From Octopus bimaculoides (taxonomy: Eukaryota), in the NCBI RefSeq assembly GCF_001194135.2, contig NC_068987.1, forward strand, positions 96,802,274 to 96,864,220: a stretch of DNA of 61,947 nt, in the 5' to 3' direction. The notes under the pieces were generated by a model that was given only the letters and a program-made list of their open reading frames with translations, was not told the origin of the DNA and did no database searches. Of this stretch, positions 38,539 through 52,269 are shown piece after piece (positions within the stretch are counted from its first letter, which is position 1; every line of letters begins with the position of its first letter). The position numbers and the translations under genes are program-made.

Positions 38539-38554
38539 TACATACATACATACA

Positions 38555-38600
<46 letters not shown>

Positions 38601-40650
38601 NNNNNNNNNNNNNNNNNNNNNNNNNNNNNNNNNNNNNNNNNNNNNNNNNNNNNNNNNNNNNNNNNNNNNNNNNNNNNNNNNNNNNNNNNNNNNNNNNNNN
38701 NNNNNNNNNNNNNNNNNNNNNNNNNNNNNNNNNNNNNNNNNNNNNNNNNNNNNNNNNNNNNNNNNNNNNNNNNNNNNNNNNNNNNNNNNNNNNNNNNNNN
38801 NNNNNNNNNNNNNNNNNNNNNNNNNNNNNNNNNNNNNNNNNNNNNNNNNNNNNNNNNNNNNNNNNNNNNNNNNNNNNNNNNNNNNNNNNNNNNNNNNNNN
38901 NNNNNNNNNNNNNNNNNNNNNNNNNNNNNNNNNNNNNNNNNNNNNNNNNNNNNNNNNNNNTATATTTGTATGTGTGTATTTATATATGTATACACACACA
39001 CACACACACACACACACGCATATTTGTGTGTGCATATATATTATGTGTACATATGTATATTTACATATATATGTATGTATGTATGTGTGTGAGTGCGTGT
39101 GTTTGTGTGTGCGTGCGCGTGTTTGTATGTGTGTTTTTCTGTCTCATCGCCTTGGTATCGTGTAATAGTTGTAAGCGAGTGTCACCGTTATGCGAGCGGT
39201 GTCCTTTCTTTCCAATCGTCTATGAAATCATGTCTAGGCATGGTAAAATATTACCTTACTTGGAAACAGGTGAGGATTGGTGAAAGGAAATGCATCCAGG
39301 CGTACAAAATCTGTCTGATTCATGCGAGCGTGGAAAGGTGGATGTTTCATTTATATATGTGTGTGCGCGTGTGTGTGTGTTTGTATGTATGTATGTATAT
39401 TGGAAGGACGATAATATTTTTCAATTGAAATGTTACAACTGTTTCTGATTGTTCAGATGCTTCAATTCTATGTATGTGTGTTTAAAGAAAGAATTAAAGA
39501 AAAAAAGGACCCATTATATTGAATGGTATCGATAATATCGAGTGGAAATAGGGGGTGCTGCCGTTCCGCAGTGCCAATATACGAGCCGCCACTGCACACG
39601 ACATATGTATTGCTTTACTTTGGGCCTTGAGCTATCTTTGAGAAATTGTCCGCCAGCCTCACGTGTCTGGAGTCATAATGCTAATCGTACGTATAATTTG
39701 GCTGTAATATGCAGGAGCCCCGAAGTCGGTGAACCGTCAGAATTGTTAGCACGTCGGACAAAATGCTTAGCGGTATTTCGTCCGTCTTCACGTCCTGATT
39801 TCAAATTTTGCCGAGGTCGACTTTGCCTTTCATCCTTTCAAGGTCGATAAAATAAGTACCAGTTGAACNNNNNNNNNNNNNNNNNNNNNNNNNNNNNNNN
39901 NNNNNNNNNNNNNNNNNNNNNNNNNNNNNNNNNNNNNNNNNNNNNNNNNNNNNNNNNNNNNNNNNNNNNNNNNNNNNNNNNNNNNNNNNNNNNNNNNNNN
40001 NNNNNNNNNNNNNNNNNNNNNNNNNNNNNNNNNNNNNNNNNNNNNNNNNNNNNNNNNNNNNNNNNNNNNNNNNNNNNNNNNNNNNNNNNNNNNNNNNNNN
40101 NNNNNNNNNNNNNNNNNNNNNNNNNNNNNNNNNNNNNNNNNNNNNNNNNNNNNNNNNNNNNNNNNNNNNNNNNNNNNNNNNNNNNNNNNNNNNNNNNNNN
40201 NNNNNNNNNNNNNNNNNNNNNNNNNNNNNNNNNNNNNNNNNNNNNNNNNNNNNNNNNNNNNNNNNNNNNNNNNNNNNNNNNNNNNNNNNNNNNNNNNNNN
40301 NNNNNNNNNNNNNNNNNNNNNNNNNNNNNNNNNNNNNNNNNNNNNNNNNNNNNNNNNNNNNNNNNNNNNNNNNNNNNNNNNNNNNNNNNNNNNNNNNNNN
40401 NNNNNNNNNNNNNNNNNNNNNNNNNNNNNNNNNNNNNNNNNNNNNNNNNNNNNNNNNNNNNNNNNNNNNNNNGGAGTTAGTGATCCGGTTGTTGGTCTCT
40501 GATAGACTGCTTTGATGATCAACGTTACTATCATCTCCGAGCTTGCTACTAACATATCCATGTATGTATGTATGTATGTATGTATGTATGTATGTATGTA
40601 TGTATGTATGTATGTATGCATGTATGTATGTATGTATGTATGCATGTATG

Positions 40651-40681
<31 letters not shown>

Positions 40682-41558
40682 CTGTACATGTGTTTGTATA
40701 TATATATTTTTATGTCTGGTGTGTGCGTTCGTGTGCGTGCGCGCGTGTGTGTGTGTGCTCGCGCGCGCGTGTGCGTGCGTTTGTGCGCGTGCACGCGTAA
40801 TGTGAATTTACTGCTTCAGACAGCATATCATACAAGATTCTTTCCGGCTGTCTATGCACCATTTTCAATTACTGCCAAGGTTAACTTCGCCTTTCTGTCC
40901 TTCATGGTCGATAAATAAAGTACTAATAGAGGGTTCTAATTATTCTCTCTCTCTTCCTCTTTTTCTGTCTATCTGTCTCCCCTCCCCCTCTCCCTCTCCT
41001 TCCCGCCCTATCTCTGTCTCCGTTTCTATGTTGGAAGAAATTGACTATGTTCAAATTTGAACAGAGGTGGCTTTCACCTGGCTTAAATGCTCCTATCATG
41101 CTGTAAGTCGTGGTGGAGTCGCCACGAATTCATCAACGACCTGGGGTCGGAATCAGAGTCGGCTTAAAAGCATCATAGGCCTCCGTGCAAAGCAATGCAC
41201 TGCGGCTCCTACATATTGGTTTCAAATTTTGACACAAGGCCAGCAGCTTTGAAGCAGGGCTAAGCCGATTAAATCGACTCCAGTGTTCAACTGGTACTTA
41301 TTTTATCGACCTTGAGAGGATGAAAGGCAAAGTCGACCTCGGCAAAATTTGAAATCAGTACGTGAAGACGGACGAAATACCGCTAAGCATTTTGTCCGAC
41401 GTGCTAACAATTCTGACGGTTCACCGACTTCGGGGCTCCTGCATATTACAGCCAAATTATACGTACGATTAGCATTATGACTCCAGACACGTGAGGCTGG
41501 CGGACAATTGCTCAAAGATAGCTCAAGGCCCAAAGTAAAGCAATACATATGTCGTGTG

Positions 41559-42232
41559 CAGTGGCGGCTCGTATATTGGCACTGCGGAACGGCAGCACCC
41601 CCTATTTCCACTCGATATTATCGATACCATTCAATATAATGGGTCCTTTTTTCTTTAATTCTTTCTTTATACTTGTACATTATATAATCCTTAAGCTTAA
41701 TGCTAGTAGCCATCCCCTAGTTTATGAATAAGATACAAAAATCCTTGCATAGAACTGTGTGCTTCACAGTTCCCGCGACGCGGTGTTTGGCTGTTGTGCG
41801 CATGCTCATATGTCTGAAATAGGAAGCTTCACGCTAGGGAGAGACAACACTGTCGTTCACACAGTGCCGGTGAAAAGTAGTGTTTCTTTTTGACTCCGCG
41901 TGTGTTGAGCTTAAAAACGTGTTTATATTCTTGAATTTGATAGAGTGTAGAGTTAGATTATTATCCTGTGTTGCTGCCAGGATTTGAAAAAGAGGACAGA
42001 TCCCCCCTTATTCTGTGATTTAGGGGGGATTTTTTAGAAACAAGGGGGAATTCGCAGCGGTGTTCAGTGAACAAATTAAGCATACTACCCGGCAGTGGCT
42101 AAAACGCGAATCGATCAAGTTTATGTATAAATTTTCTTTTTATATGTTTGTTTCTTTAACACAATACTAAAACAACGGATAAAAATTTTCTGAAGTAGCA
42201 CCCCCACTAATTTTATATACGAGCCGCCACTG
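41559..42232. mobile_element. Non-autonomous hAT element (674 bp)
   Basis: 17-bp perfect TIR cagtggcggctcgtata; 8-bp TSD gtcgtgtg at 41551-58 and 42233-40. Confidence 0.93.
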
Positions 42233-44199
42233 GTCGTGTGTGTGTTTTGTGAAATACAATCACAGTATAATCATTAAAATTTGAGAAATGTATTTGATAA
42301 TAGTGTTAATTCAAATGAATTGATTCATATCTGTCTGTTATCCTCGACATCTACGTATCTTTCAACTTTTCTGTTTCTCTCACTTTAGATTGATTAATCT
42401 CCAGACATTAATCGTCTCCCATTCTCTCTCTTATGTATATCACTCTGGCTCTCTTTGTGTAAATACTCTCCCCACCTCTAGTCTATGTCGGTTTTATTAC
42501 CTTGTAATTAAAACGCAGTTAATTCAGCGTCAAGTCAATTAGTAGATTAAGTTTTGATAATTTGCCAGTTCATTTTTATTTTTATATTTTTCTGTCTAAT
42601 AACCAGAACACCGCAACATCGTATTATCGCTCCGCACGGCCAATTTTTATTCCCAACAAGGTTCAGATTGAAACTTTTGCCAGCAAACTAGGGGTCGCTT
42701 AGCTGGTCACTCGATACGCTAGAAATAACAGTCAAATCACACCTTACTGTAGTAGTTCCTACTCTTGGAGACGTTGTAAGCTCATAAAGGGGGCGGTAAA
42801 TGTCAAGGGAACGCTCTGACGCCCCCTGATCGATTAGAAGTTTTCTTGATTTTATCTTATCGAAATAAAATATTTGAACCAAAAACAATATTTATACTTT
42901 AAAGATATCTTCAAAAGATATATTTGGATAGAAACAGGACGGATGTTGTGCCAAGTTCAAATATAGTTCCATTATATATTTTCGCTTTTTTAAAGATAAT
43001 TTTCAAAAATATTTAACACGGGGTGCTGGGCTACGCAAATGTCTAAAAAAAGGGGTACATGCTTGAGCAGACAGTATAAGAAAACATGGATAATAAAGCG
43101 CTACAATAATTAACTTCTATTTGATTAAACAATCTTCTGTTATTTATTTATTGTAAAATATGAGGAGGCTTTTGTAAAACACTATTCGATGAAATGCAAA
43201 AGGTGGAGAACCATCGCACAACTGAATAAGGAAAAAAAAAAATGGGAAGGACACTTCAGATAATGTTACCCTCGATACCAATGTAAAAACTAACACTTCT
43301 TTTTTCCGAGCTGAGATTCGAAACCGAATCTAAGGATTTTCGCTCGTTTGGTCTATCACTGGCCAAACAGACGCGAAAGAAATTTCTTGTACAGTCAAAA
43401 AGTGATACATGGATTTCTCTTCGACCTGACTCGTGTCATTTAAGGTTCAAGTGGACAGGAGACGACTTACATAAGTAGAAATTACTCTTGTGGTATGTCT
43501 GTCCTTCTAGCTAGCATGACCATTATAAACACAGTCAGACATATGACAGAGGCAGATAACCATCACCAGGCGAACTGTCAAGAGACAGCCAGCAAATAAC
43601 TTGCGCCAGTCAAGCAGCCAACATAGAACCACATATTCAGCGTGAACGACCCAGCACAGTGGCAGTCGCAGAACATAAACAGACACTACCGAATAACCAA
43701 TGCACACACAGACACAAAACATACCCGGTTCTACCTCATCATATCGACAGAGTATTTCCCCTGTTTATGTTATTCTTCGCCAACTCGAAGCAAGTTGGTA
43801 ATGTCATGAAGTGAATTTTTTGGTGTATACAACAAGTAAATGCAAGTGTCAATCGAATAAATTACTTAAACCACAATCCGATGCTTTTCCATTGTTTTAC
43901 TTTGATGTCGTCCACATGCCTATTTCATCAGCTACCTCAACATATTTTGCTACACCTTTCCTATTACACACCTTCCATTTAATTACACCGTCAGAGCTCT
44001 TGTCTAATTCATGACCAATCCACTATTATTAGGAAAATAATTTTGTTAGTATAAATCTTACATATTGAATGTTAGTTTTATAACTAAGGCTAAATATACA
44101 TGCAGTTTTTTTTGTCTTTAATGAAGTATTTTTGACGCCAGTCAGTTCAGGTTGAAAATTATTTTTGGCAACATTTTGCAGCAAACAGAGAGTCTATAT

Positions 44200-45620
44200 T
44201 TGGCTTCAAATCATGTAAATTTGCAAGTCTTAGAATAAATCGCAAACGTTCATCTCTGAGTCTTGACCGCAAACGCAGATATATTTATTTTCATCGTCGA
44301 AAAGAACTGCCCATAAACATATGTACTTCTAAACATGACCAAGCAAACAGTTGGGGAAATCTGTTACATGGAAAAAAAACCCCAAAAAACTTGTTGAACT
44401 CTGAAACTCTAATCATTGCATATTTCTGATTCAGTATGGTGTCACATTGAAGTTCCACTAACTTTACTTGACATTCCTCAGAAGTAGTACCAACGTCCAT
44501 GGTCAGTGGAGTAATAATAAACACAATTTCCTTTTCTAACGCTAAAAGGTCTTGAAAACGCCGATCAAATTCTGTTAACAAATTTCAAATTATATTTGCA
44601 TATTTTTTCAAGCGCAGTGCGTCGACCTTGCCTGATGATTGCGTAGCTATAGAGTGAATCAGGCTACTGATTGCAAGCTGTTTTGCCCACAATGAAAGTT
44701 TACACTTGTACGATCTCATTCACTCGTACATCATCGTAATAATCTGCTATGGATCCTGAAGGCTCAAGTTTAAAGTGTTAAAGTCGTCTGTCAGAATAGT
44801 GAGCAACGCCAGATTAGATATGAAAGAGGGATTACTAAGTTCAGGAACATTATTGTCTTTCATTAACTTGAATAAAATAATGCAGAACATTTCTTCGACT
44901 GAGCCACCTCTCCTCAGTATTATACAATAATTCTTCGAATACTTTATCAATGATGGCTTGAAAAGAAGTAAACTGTCTGTTGTTGAGAGCCTTTGCTCAA
45001 ATAAAGTTAGCAATTTTCACAGCTATAGTTATCACACTCTCCACCTGAACTACTTTGCATAATACAATATATAGCAGAGACAGATGACATCAAGGCTGTT
45101 CAGTTTATTTTAGAGAAGTCTAACTATGCACACCCGTTCAGAACATATTAGAAGGTACACTGTCTGTTGCCACCGATACGAATTTTTAACCAATTCAATC
45201 CGGAATGTTCAATGCACATTTTGCAGAGCGCTAAATACGTCTCACCTTACCATTGTTATTTTCGTTGATAGTAAATCTTGTAATTTGTCAGTAACATTAC
45301 AGTTTTTGCCAACTCTGCAGATAATAGACAGCGCAATAAGGAGTGTCTACGTCAAACGCAAGGGTAAAATTTGTTTCAAAATCTTTCGCAGTAGTATCCA
45401 GGTGCTGATATGGATTGCTTGCTAAATCAATGATGCGGCGAGGAACAGTATTTACTGAGATGCTAATACTCTTGTAGCGGTGATTCGAAACCGAACCGTT
45501 CGGTAGCCAGTCAGGCATCACAATGTGATCGGTCTAATAAGCAACCAATCAGCGTCAAGCCATTGCATGATTCAATCTTCTTGCGCACTATAGCAAAAGG
45601 TGGTTTATTGGCAGTAATTA
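44200..45620 (-). mobile_element. Degraded hAT transposase (SPIN/Charlie/GTF2IRD2-like)
   Basis: Fragments SVNTVPRRIIDLA, VSVATD, VPELSNPSFISNLALL..LNLSLQ, LTEFDRRFQDL..LVELQCD, SRLRDERL in successive broken frames. Confidence 0.85.
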
Positions 45621-48195
45621 CAGAATGTTGAGGTAGCCGTACGTTGTGCTTCTATTCTCGCCACATCCAGCCGGTTAAAACAGATGTCCTTTGGTTGACA
45701 GGAATTTTCATCGCCACGAATACAGCTCAATTATTTTCCAATTGTGATGGGCCTACCACAGATTGCTGCATCAGCAAGCGTGTCGTAAACTCTAGGCAGT
45801 ATGTTTCCCTCAGAATGTAATTATTACTGTTAGTGTTTGTAAAAGACCAACGCATTCAAAATTCTAGCTAAAACTCTATATGCAATTATAAAATCTTCTG
45901 CTAATTGTTCGCGGTGTTGTCAGTTACTTCTACGCGCAGACTGAGAAATAAATTTTCATTCAGCAACTCAACCAGTCATTACCTCAGACCAGCCAACAGC
46001 AATAACACTGCAACTCGTGACACTCAAATAGTTTCTTTTTCTCTGGGCAGGCGACTTCCTTAACTTCAGAAAATGGTTGTGACGATTTTTCCAATTGTTT
46101 AACTAAAAAAAAAAAAAAAAATTCTATCACTTTATTCAATTTGGAAAAAGAGGTCTTGTTACTTTATCATGGCCGACTTATGTGGCTCAATTTTTCCTCT
46201 CGTATTTTTCCATTTCATAGTGTTCTCTGCACGTTGTTCCATAATGACTCCAAATATTTTCTGAAATATTATCAGACTGATTAAGTTGTTGACTTGTTGA
46301 CCTAATAAACTATATTAAGGATCTTGGCATTCAACAGAAAACCATTTTGATACTATTCTAGTAAAATATTTTATGAAAATAATTTAACGTAAAAAAATAC
46401 CTTATAAAAACAATTTATTCATTATGTAATATAAATATACACGAATAAAATCACGGAGTATTTTGTTGGTATTATTACTTATTAAAACTAAAAATTGAGC
46501 AAAAAATATTCTAATACTTAAAAACGACATGATTTTCCCTTTAAGTCACATTTTCGGGAAAATTCTGACTATGATGAAATTTTGCTTACGATGTAAGTTG
46601 TAGCAGTGAACCGTGAAGTCATGTATTTAAATACAACTGGTTTTGTATGCTTTGAAGGCGTGTGCTAAAAATGTACTGCAAACAGATTGTGAATTCGGTC
46701 ACAGGTAATGACAGTATGAAGGATCGCTGGTCACATATATTTAGTCCGCAGGTTGCTTGTTTGAAACTTGATTTTATGCGTTTAGAGGTTTGATACGGAA
46801 CATTTTTCAGTTGTTCAAGCCAAGTCTCTGACTATATATTCTCTTTTACTTTAAAAATGATTTTTCAAAAATGGGTTTTCATATTCTTTGTTAGGCGGAG
46901 GTGCAAAACCATGACAATATAAATCATTAAAAGAAAATAATTTTGTAACAACTTTGAGTGAACGTAAAGCGGAAGAGTTGAAATGAATATGCATTATAAT
47001 ACGTAATTATAATTATGTCCTCTCTCAAATCTGTAGGATCGTTTTTTTTCCACCTTTTCCTTTAGTTTAGGCAAGGAAAGCTATCTTTCAGACAGTTGTT
47101 CATTTTCATATGTTCACAAGATTGTAATATATTTACTGAAGTGGTAAACTTGACCTCGCAACCCACCTGAGACGACTCTTGATTTTCTGATAAAAACTTC
47201 CCGTTTTAAAGTGAAAGTGATCTAAATTTAAAACCTTCCATCTAAATATATCAAGATATGTTACTAACACTAGTTTATTAATAACAAAGTTATTTAACTA
47301 AATTCTTCGTTATTTTAAAAATGAACTAAAGCAAAGACAGTGTAATTCAACAGAAATATAGTAACAAAAGTGTTAACTCCACAACTTGGCCATTCGAGGA
47401 TTTAGAGGAGTTCATTCTGTTGCTAGAAATCGACAAAATCTCTGGTCGCACACTAATTTTCTCCCTTCCAACAACTAGTTCTGTTGGTCATCAGGAGGTA
47501 ATGGGCGTTTCTCTAACTCACTCTGACTAAGCCATTATAAAACTGCTTTAATTGGTACATGACCATTTCACTACTAACCAATGAAACGTATCGCTTCAGT
47601 TTTTGCCATACTTCCTTAATGCGTTGTATATACTACTAACTTGTGAAGGCGCGTGACTTCGTGGTTAGGCTATTCGGCTCATGAAAATATATATGTAGCA
47701 TTGGATTCGACCCCGCAAAATTGAGATTGAGCTGTGGTTTGAGATTTGTATGTGGCAAGCCACATACAACTCAGTCATAGTTTTGATCATATGCACAACC
47801 GAGATTTTATCCAATGAAAGGCAGTTGTTCACATGATAGTTCGGTGGCCCTACTAGAATTTACCGTAAACAAAGCCTATAAATACAATCAAGAAACGACA
47901 CCAATTTCGCCAAGTGTCGTAGACGTTAGAGCCGACATGGCGCTCTCCGCTCTCGCCAAGTTCAGAGTGTCTTGGATCGAGTTTGAATTACACTCTCCAT
48001 TCAGCTGTTCTTAGGGCTGCATATTCAATCGAGGATAATCGAAGAAGAAGACATGCCACGGCACTTGAATATTTACTTGACATTTTTTTTTGCGTGTCAT
48101 ATTACGCAGTTTCATTATATTGTTTCCTTTAATTGTATTGCAGGAACACCTTTCCTATTAATGAAACAAATAAATTATGCTCGAAAGAACTCTTG

Positions 48196-48231
<36 letters not shown>

Positions 48232-48241
48232 NNNNNNNNNN

Positions 48242-48280
<39 letters not shown>

Positions 48281-48488
48281 CACACACGAGTGATCTCCGG
48301 AAAAGGATTACACACAGAATCTCAATGTACTTAAGGCAGACACGATTCTTCGGCTCTTTAACTAATCATCTAAGAGAAGATGACTCCATACAAATCCTAC
48401 ATCCAGATAACTACAGGGCTAGTGACACTCGCTGTATCAGACCAATACAAGCCTGAAGGATGTGACAATGGGACTGGATCTGCACAAG

Positions 48489-48865
48489 CCTTTTCCGTAA
48501 AAAGTGTCTTCGGCGATCTTCACGAAAGATTGACCTTTTCTGTAACACCCGCACGATCTTCATTACGGTGTCAGGGTTAGGGTTTTAGGGTTAGGGTTTT
48601 AGGGTTAGGGTTAGTGTTTAGGGTTACAGTTAGGGACGGAATTCCCTAACGCAAACCCTAAAGCCCAAACCCTAACCGTAAACCTAACCCTAACCCCTTC
48701 AAAATAAATCGCGCTCTCTGTATGTCTTTCGCTGTTATGACGTCGTTTTCCTGTTTCTCTCCAACACTTTTTACGGAAAAGGCCGAAATTTGGTAAAGAT
48801 CGCCGAAGACACTTTTTATGGAAAAGGCCGATATTTAGGACTCGTACCGAAAGATCGCCGTGAAG
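48489..48865. repeat. Fold-back element with inverted degenerate TTAGGG/CCCTAA arrays
   Basis: 32-bp outer inverted repeat (48489-48520 / 48796-48827, 31/32 match); G-rich array 48572-48635 facing C-rich array 48644-48697. Confidence 0.8.
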
Positions 48866-49028
48866 AGTACTGTACTGTTGAGTTGCTAGACTCTCATTTG
48901 TCGAAGTGACGGGTGGCCAGGACCTCCACCCCACAGACGCACGCACGCATACACAGAGACATATGCACCAGTTCTATGTTACTGGTATATGTAACGAATG
49001 TAGTGATTATTAGTGCTGTGTAAAGCAA

Positions 49029-49177
49029 GATTCATGACAGACGAATTGTAGACAGGAACTTCGCTGCGGGCTAGCTAGGAAGTTGGTCAGCAGCGAAAGG
49101 GACTTCCGGTGAAAGAAGAACAACAAAAGAATGTCAGCAGTGAGTGTGAAACGAATCTAAATAAACTAAACAGAAGT
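49029..49177 (+). mobile_element. Truncated LTR related to 51214-51378
   Basis: Shares gattcatgacagacgaa..aacttcgctgcgggctagctaggaagttggtcagcagcgaaag with the downstream LTR, has an extra ~30-bp block and lacks its last ~40 bp. Confidence 0.75.
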
Positions 49178-50324
49178 GATGTGACAATGGGACTGGATCT
49201 GCACAAGCCATCCCCTCATTAACAATGATTCATTGTGCAGGTTATTCACGCATGCGCAGGGACTAGTTCCGGAAGGAATACAGGAAGAGTCTCATGCGCA
49301 TGCGTAGTCATCGATATCCAAACGTTCCCGCTTCTTTCACCCTCTTCTTTCGCTGGCCGACGAAGAGCCTAGACGTCGAAGCAGCCTCTCTCCAACAACC
49401 CAACTCTGGAGCTAGACAAATAACCACGCAACTTCATTGATGGCGTCTCAGTAACCAAAGGGCGAAGTGCTGCCGAATTCTATTGTAATAAATACTGTNN
49501 NNNNNNNNNNNNNNNNNNNNNNNNNNNNNNNNNNNNNNNNNNNNNNNNNNNNNNNNNNNNNNNNNNNNNNNNNNNNNNNNNNNNNNNNNNNNNNNNNNNN
49601 NNNNNNNNNNNNNNNNNNNNNNNNNNNNNNNNNNNNNNNNNNNNNNNNNNNNNNNNNNNNNNNNNNNNNNNNNNNNNNNNNNNNNNNNNNNNNNNNNNNN
49701 NNNNNNNNNNNNNNNNNNNNNNNNNNNNNNNNNNNNNNNNNNNNNNNNNNNNNNNNNNNNNNNNNNNNNNNNNNNNNNNNNNNNNNNNNNNNNNNNNNNN
49801 NNNNNNNNNNNNNNNNNNNNNNNNNNNNNNNNNNNNNNNNNNNNNNNNNNNNNNNNNNNNNNNNNNNNNNNNNNNNNNNNNNNNNNNNNNNNNNNNNNNN
49901 NNNNNNNNNNNNNNNNNNNNNNNNNNNNNNNNNNNNNNNNNNNNNNNNNNNNNNNNNNNNNNNNNNNNNNNNNNNNNNNNNNNNNNNNNNNNNNNNNNNN
50001 NNNNNNNNNNNNNNNNNNNNNNNNNNNNNNNNNNNNNNNNNNNNNNNNNNNNNNNNNNNNNNNNNNNNNNNNNNNNNNNNNNNNNNNNNNNNNNNNNNNN
50101 NNNNNNNNNNNNNNNNNNNNNNNNNNNNNNNNNNNNNNNNNNNNNNNNNNNNNNNNNNNNNNNNNNNNNNNNNNNNNNNNNNNNNNNNNNNNNNNNNNNN
50201 NNNNNNNNNNNNNNNNNNNNNNNNNNNNNNNNNNNNNNNNNNNNNNNNNNNNNNNNNNNNNNNNNNNNNNNNNNNNNNNNNNNNNNNNNNNNNNNNNNNN
50301 NNNNNNNNNNNNNNNNNNNNNNNN

Positions 50325-51186
50325 CTACTGACATTGGTAGACCACTATACCTGTTGGCCTGAGGTTATCGCTCTCCGCAGCACGGAAACACAAGAAGTCA
50401 GCCGAGCCTTCATCGCAAACTGGGTCGCCCGTTTCGGTGTCCCAGACAGCATCTCATCCGATCGGGGTCCACAATTCACCTCAAAGCTATGGAATGACAT
50501 GTGTGACCTTTTTCGAATCACAATGAACCACACAACAGCCTACCACCCACAGGCCAACGGATTAATGGAGAGATTTCACTACCGCCTGAAGGAATCCTTG
50601 ACAACTAGACTTAATGGGCCAAATTCTATTGACAAACTCCCATGGTTAAAACTGGGAATTCGCACCGCCCCAAAAGAAAATCTCAACACTTCCTCCGCGG
50701 AAATGGTGTACGGTGCCCCTCTTACAGTGACAGGAAAGTTCCTTCCGAATACGAAGTCAGACCCGGATGTCAAAAGGTACCTCGCTCAACTGAGAAACAG
50801 CGAGGGCCAGTTATGCCCTGTTCCCATATCGACACACGGTACACCCAGATCATCCATACCAGGTGACCTCCGCACGGCTAACTTTGTGTTCGTTCGACGT
50901 GACACACGACAAAAACCCCTCCAGTCACCCTACGATGGTCCATATCAAGTCATACATCCGGGAAATAAAACATTCCAACTCCTAATTGGCGAACGACAAG
51001 ACAGTCTCTATCGATAGACTGAAACATGCCCATCTCGATATTGACAGCCCCGTTCAGGTAGCCCAGCCACCAAACAGGGGCCGCCTTAGGCAGATCACAT
51101 CAACCCTTAACAAGGAACAGTCACCAAAGAATCGAGTAACCACACGCATGGGCAGGGCAATTAAAATGCTTTCCCGTTTCCAATGA
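50325..51186 (+). mobile_element. Ty3/Gypsy pol remnant: integrase core and C-terminal domain, one frameshift near 51000
   Basis: VD..RFGVPDSISSDRGPQFTS..TTAYHPQANGLMERFH (DDE), PYDGPYQV, then VSIDRLK in the next frame; 5' part hidden by N-gap 49499-50324. Confidence 0.93.
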
Positions 51187-51213
51187 CAGACAACAGTTCT
51201 GGCTGGGGAGCTA

Positions 51214-51378
51214 TGTTGGAAAGGATTCATGACAGACGAACTGTAGTCAAGAACTTCGCTGCGGGCTAGCTAGGAAGTTGGTCAGCAGCGAAAGAATGTC
51301 AGCAGTGAGTGATAAACGAATCTGAATGAACTAAACCTTTGATAAATGTATTCTCGTCTCCACTAGCTTGTTTGCACA
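51214..51378 (+). mobile_element. Gypsy 3' LTR (165 bp) preceded by polypurine tract
   Basis: ggctggggag PPT at 51201-51210; TG start, CA end (tttgcaca). Confidence 0.75.
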
Positions 51379-52269
51379 TAGCTTAACAAAGCTATAGTTG
51401 ATAGCAGCTTACTTAAAAAGCTTCATAGGACAGTGTGATACGCACCAAATGAAGTAACAGAAAGGAAAAAGTAAATTCTCACAGATTTTATTTATCCGTC
51501 ACAATTCATCGTTAGGGACAGGAACACAGAGTATGTACTATACAGTCCGCTGTTCTATGAGACAGTTTGTCGTGGCCAAAAACAGTATCCGGTTCATTCT
51601 GTAGAAAGAAATTACAATGAAAGCCATTAATTAGTTAAGTAAAGTTATGTTGAACATTCCAGAAATTTCGCTTGCGATTGATACGTATGTCCCATACATA
51701 TATATTTATATATACAGATACATAAATCAGAACACAGATCCACACATGCAAAGGCATGCATGCTTAGACATATACATATGTGTCTACATGCATACATACG
51801 TGTGTGCTGAAAGAATTTTGTTTCTGGGTTAGAAACCAGTTTTTCCTTCATTGGTGAGAAAATTTAGAAATAAAACTGAATAATATATTCACATACACAC
51901 ACACACACACATACATACATACATACAAAGATACATACATACACAATATGCACATATGTACATGCATGCATAATATACATTCCCATAATGCATACATATG
52001 TATACTATTATGTGCAACATTAAGAACAAACTTTACACATTCTGTCTCACGTCATTGTTTTAGTATGATTGTGAATTTAACAAACAAGTGGTTGATGGGC
52101 GGATAGTTTGAACGAAAAGAGCGTGGAAATGTTACGAAAAATAATTGATGACTAATTTTGCGTTGTTTGAATTGAGGAAATACCTCAGAAATTTCGTAAC
52201 AGTATAATTTGATTAGACAAAAGGCGGTTGATTTTTTATTTCCCAGCCATAGTTTCCCGAAGTCACATG

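Noticed and set aside
47814-48014. TATA-like motif and Kozak-like ATG (MALSALAKF...)
   Set aside because: Short, no splice donor or homology support; could be part of a repeat.
48572-48697. True telomere or chromosome end
   Set aside because: Short, degenerate, internal and embedded in structured inverted repeats; reported as a repeat element instead.
49355-49385. CCGACGAAGAGC..GTCGAAG hammerhead-like motif inside LTR-like DNA
   Set aside because: Core altered at two conserved positions and stem II does not pair.
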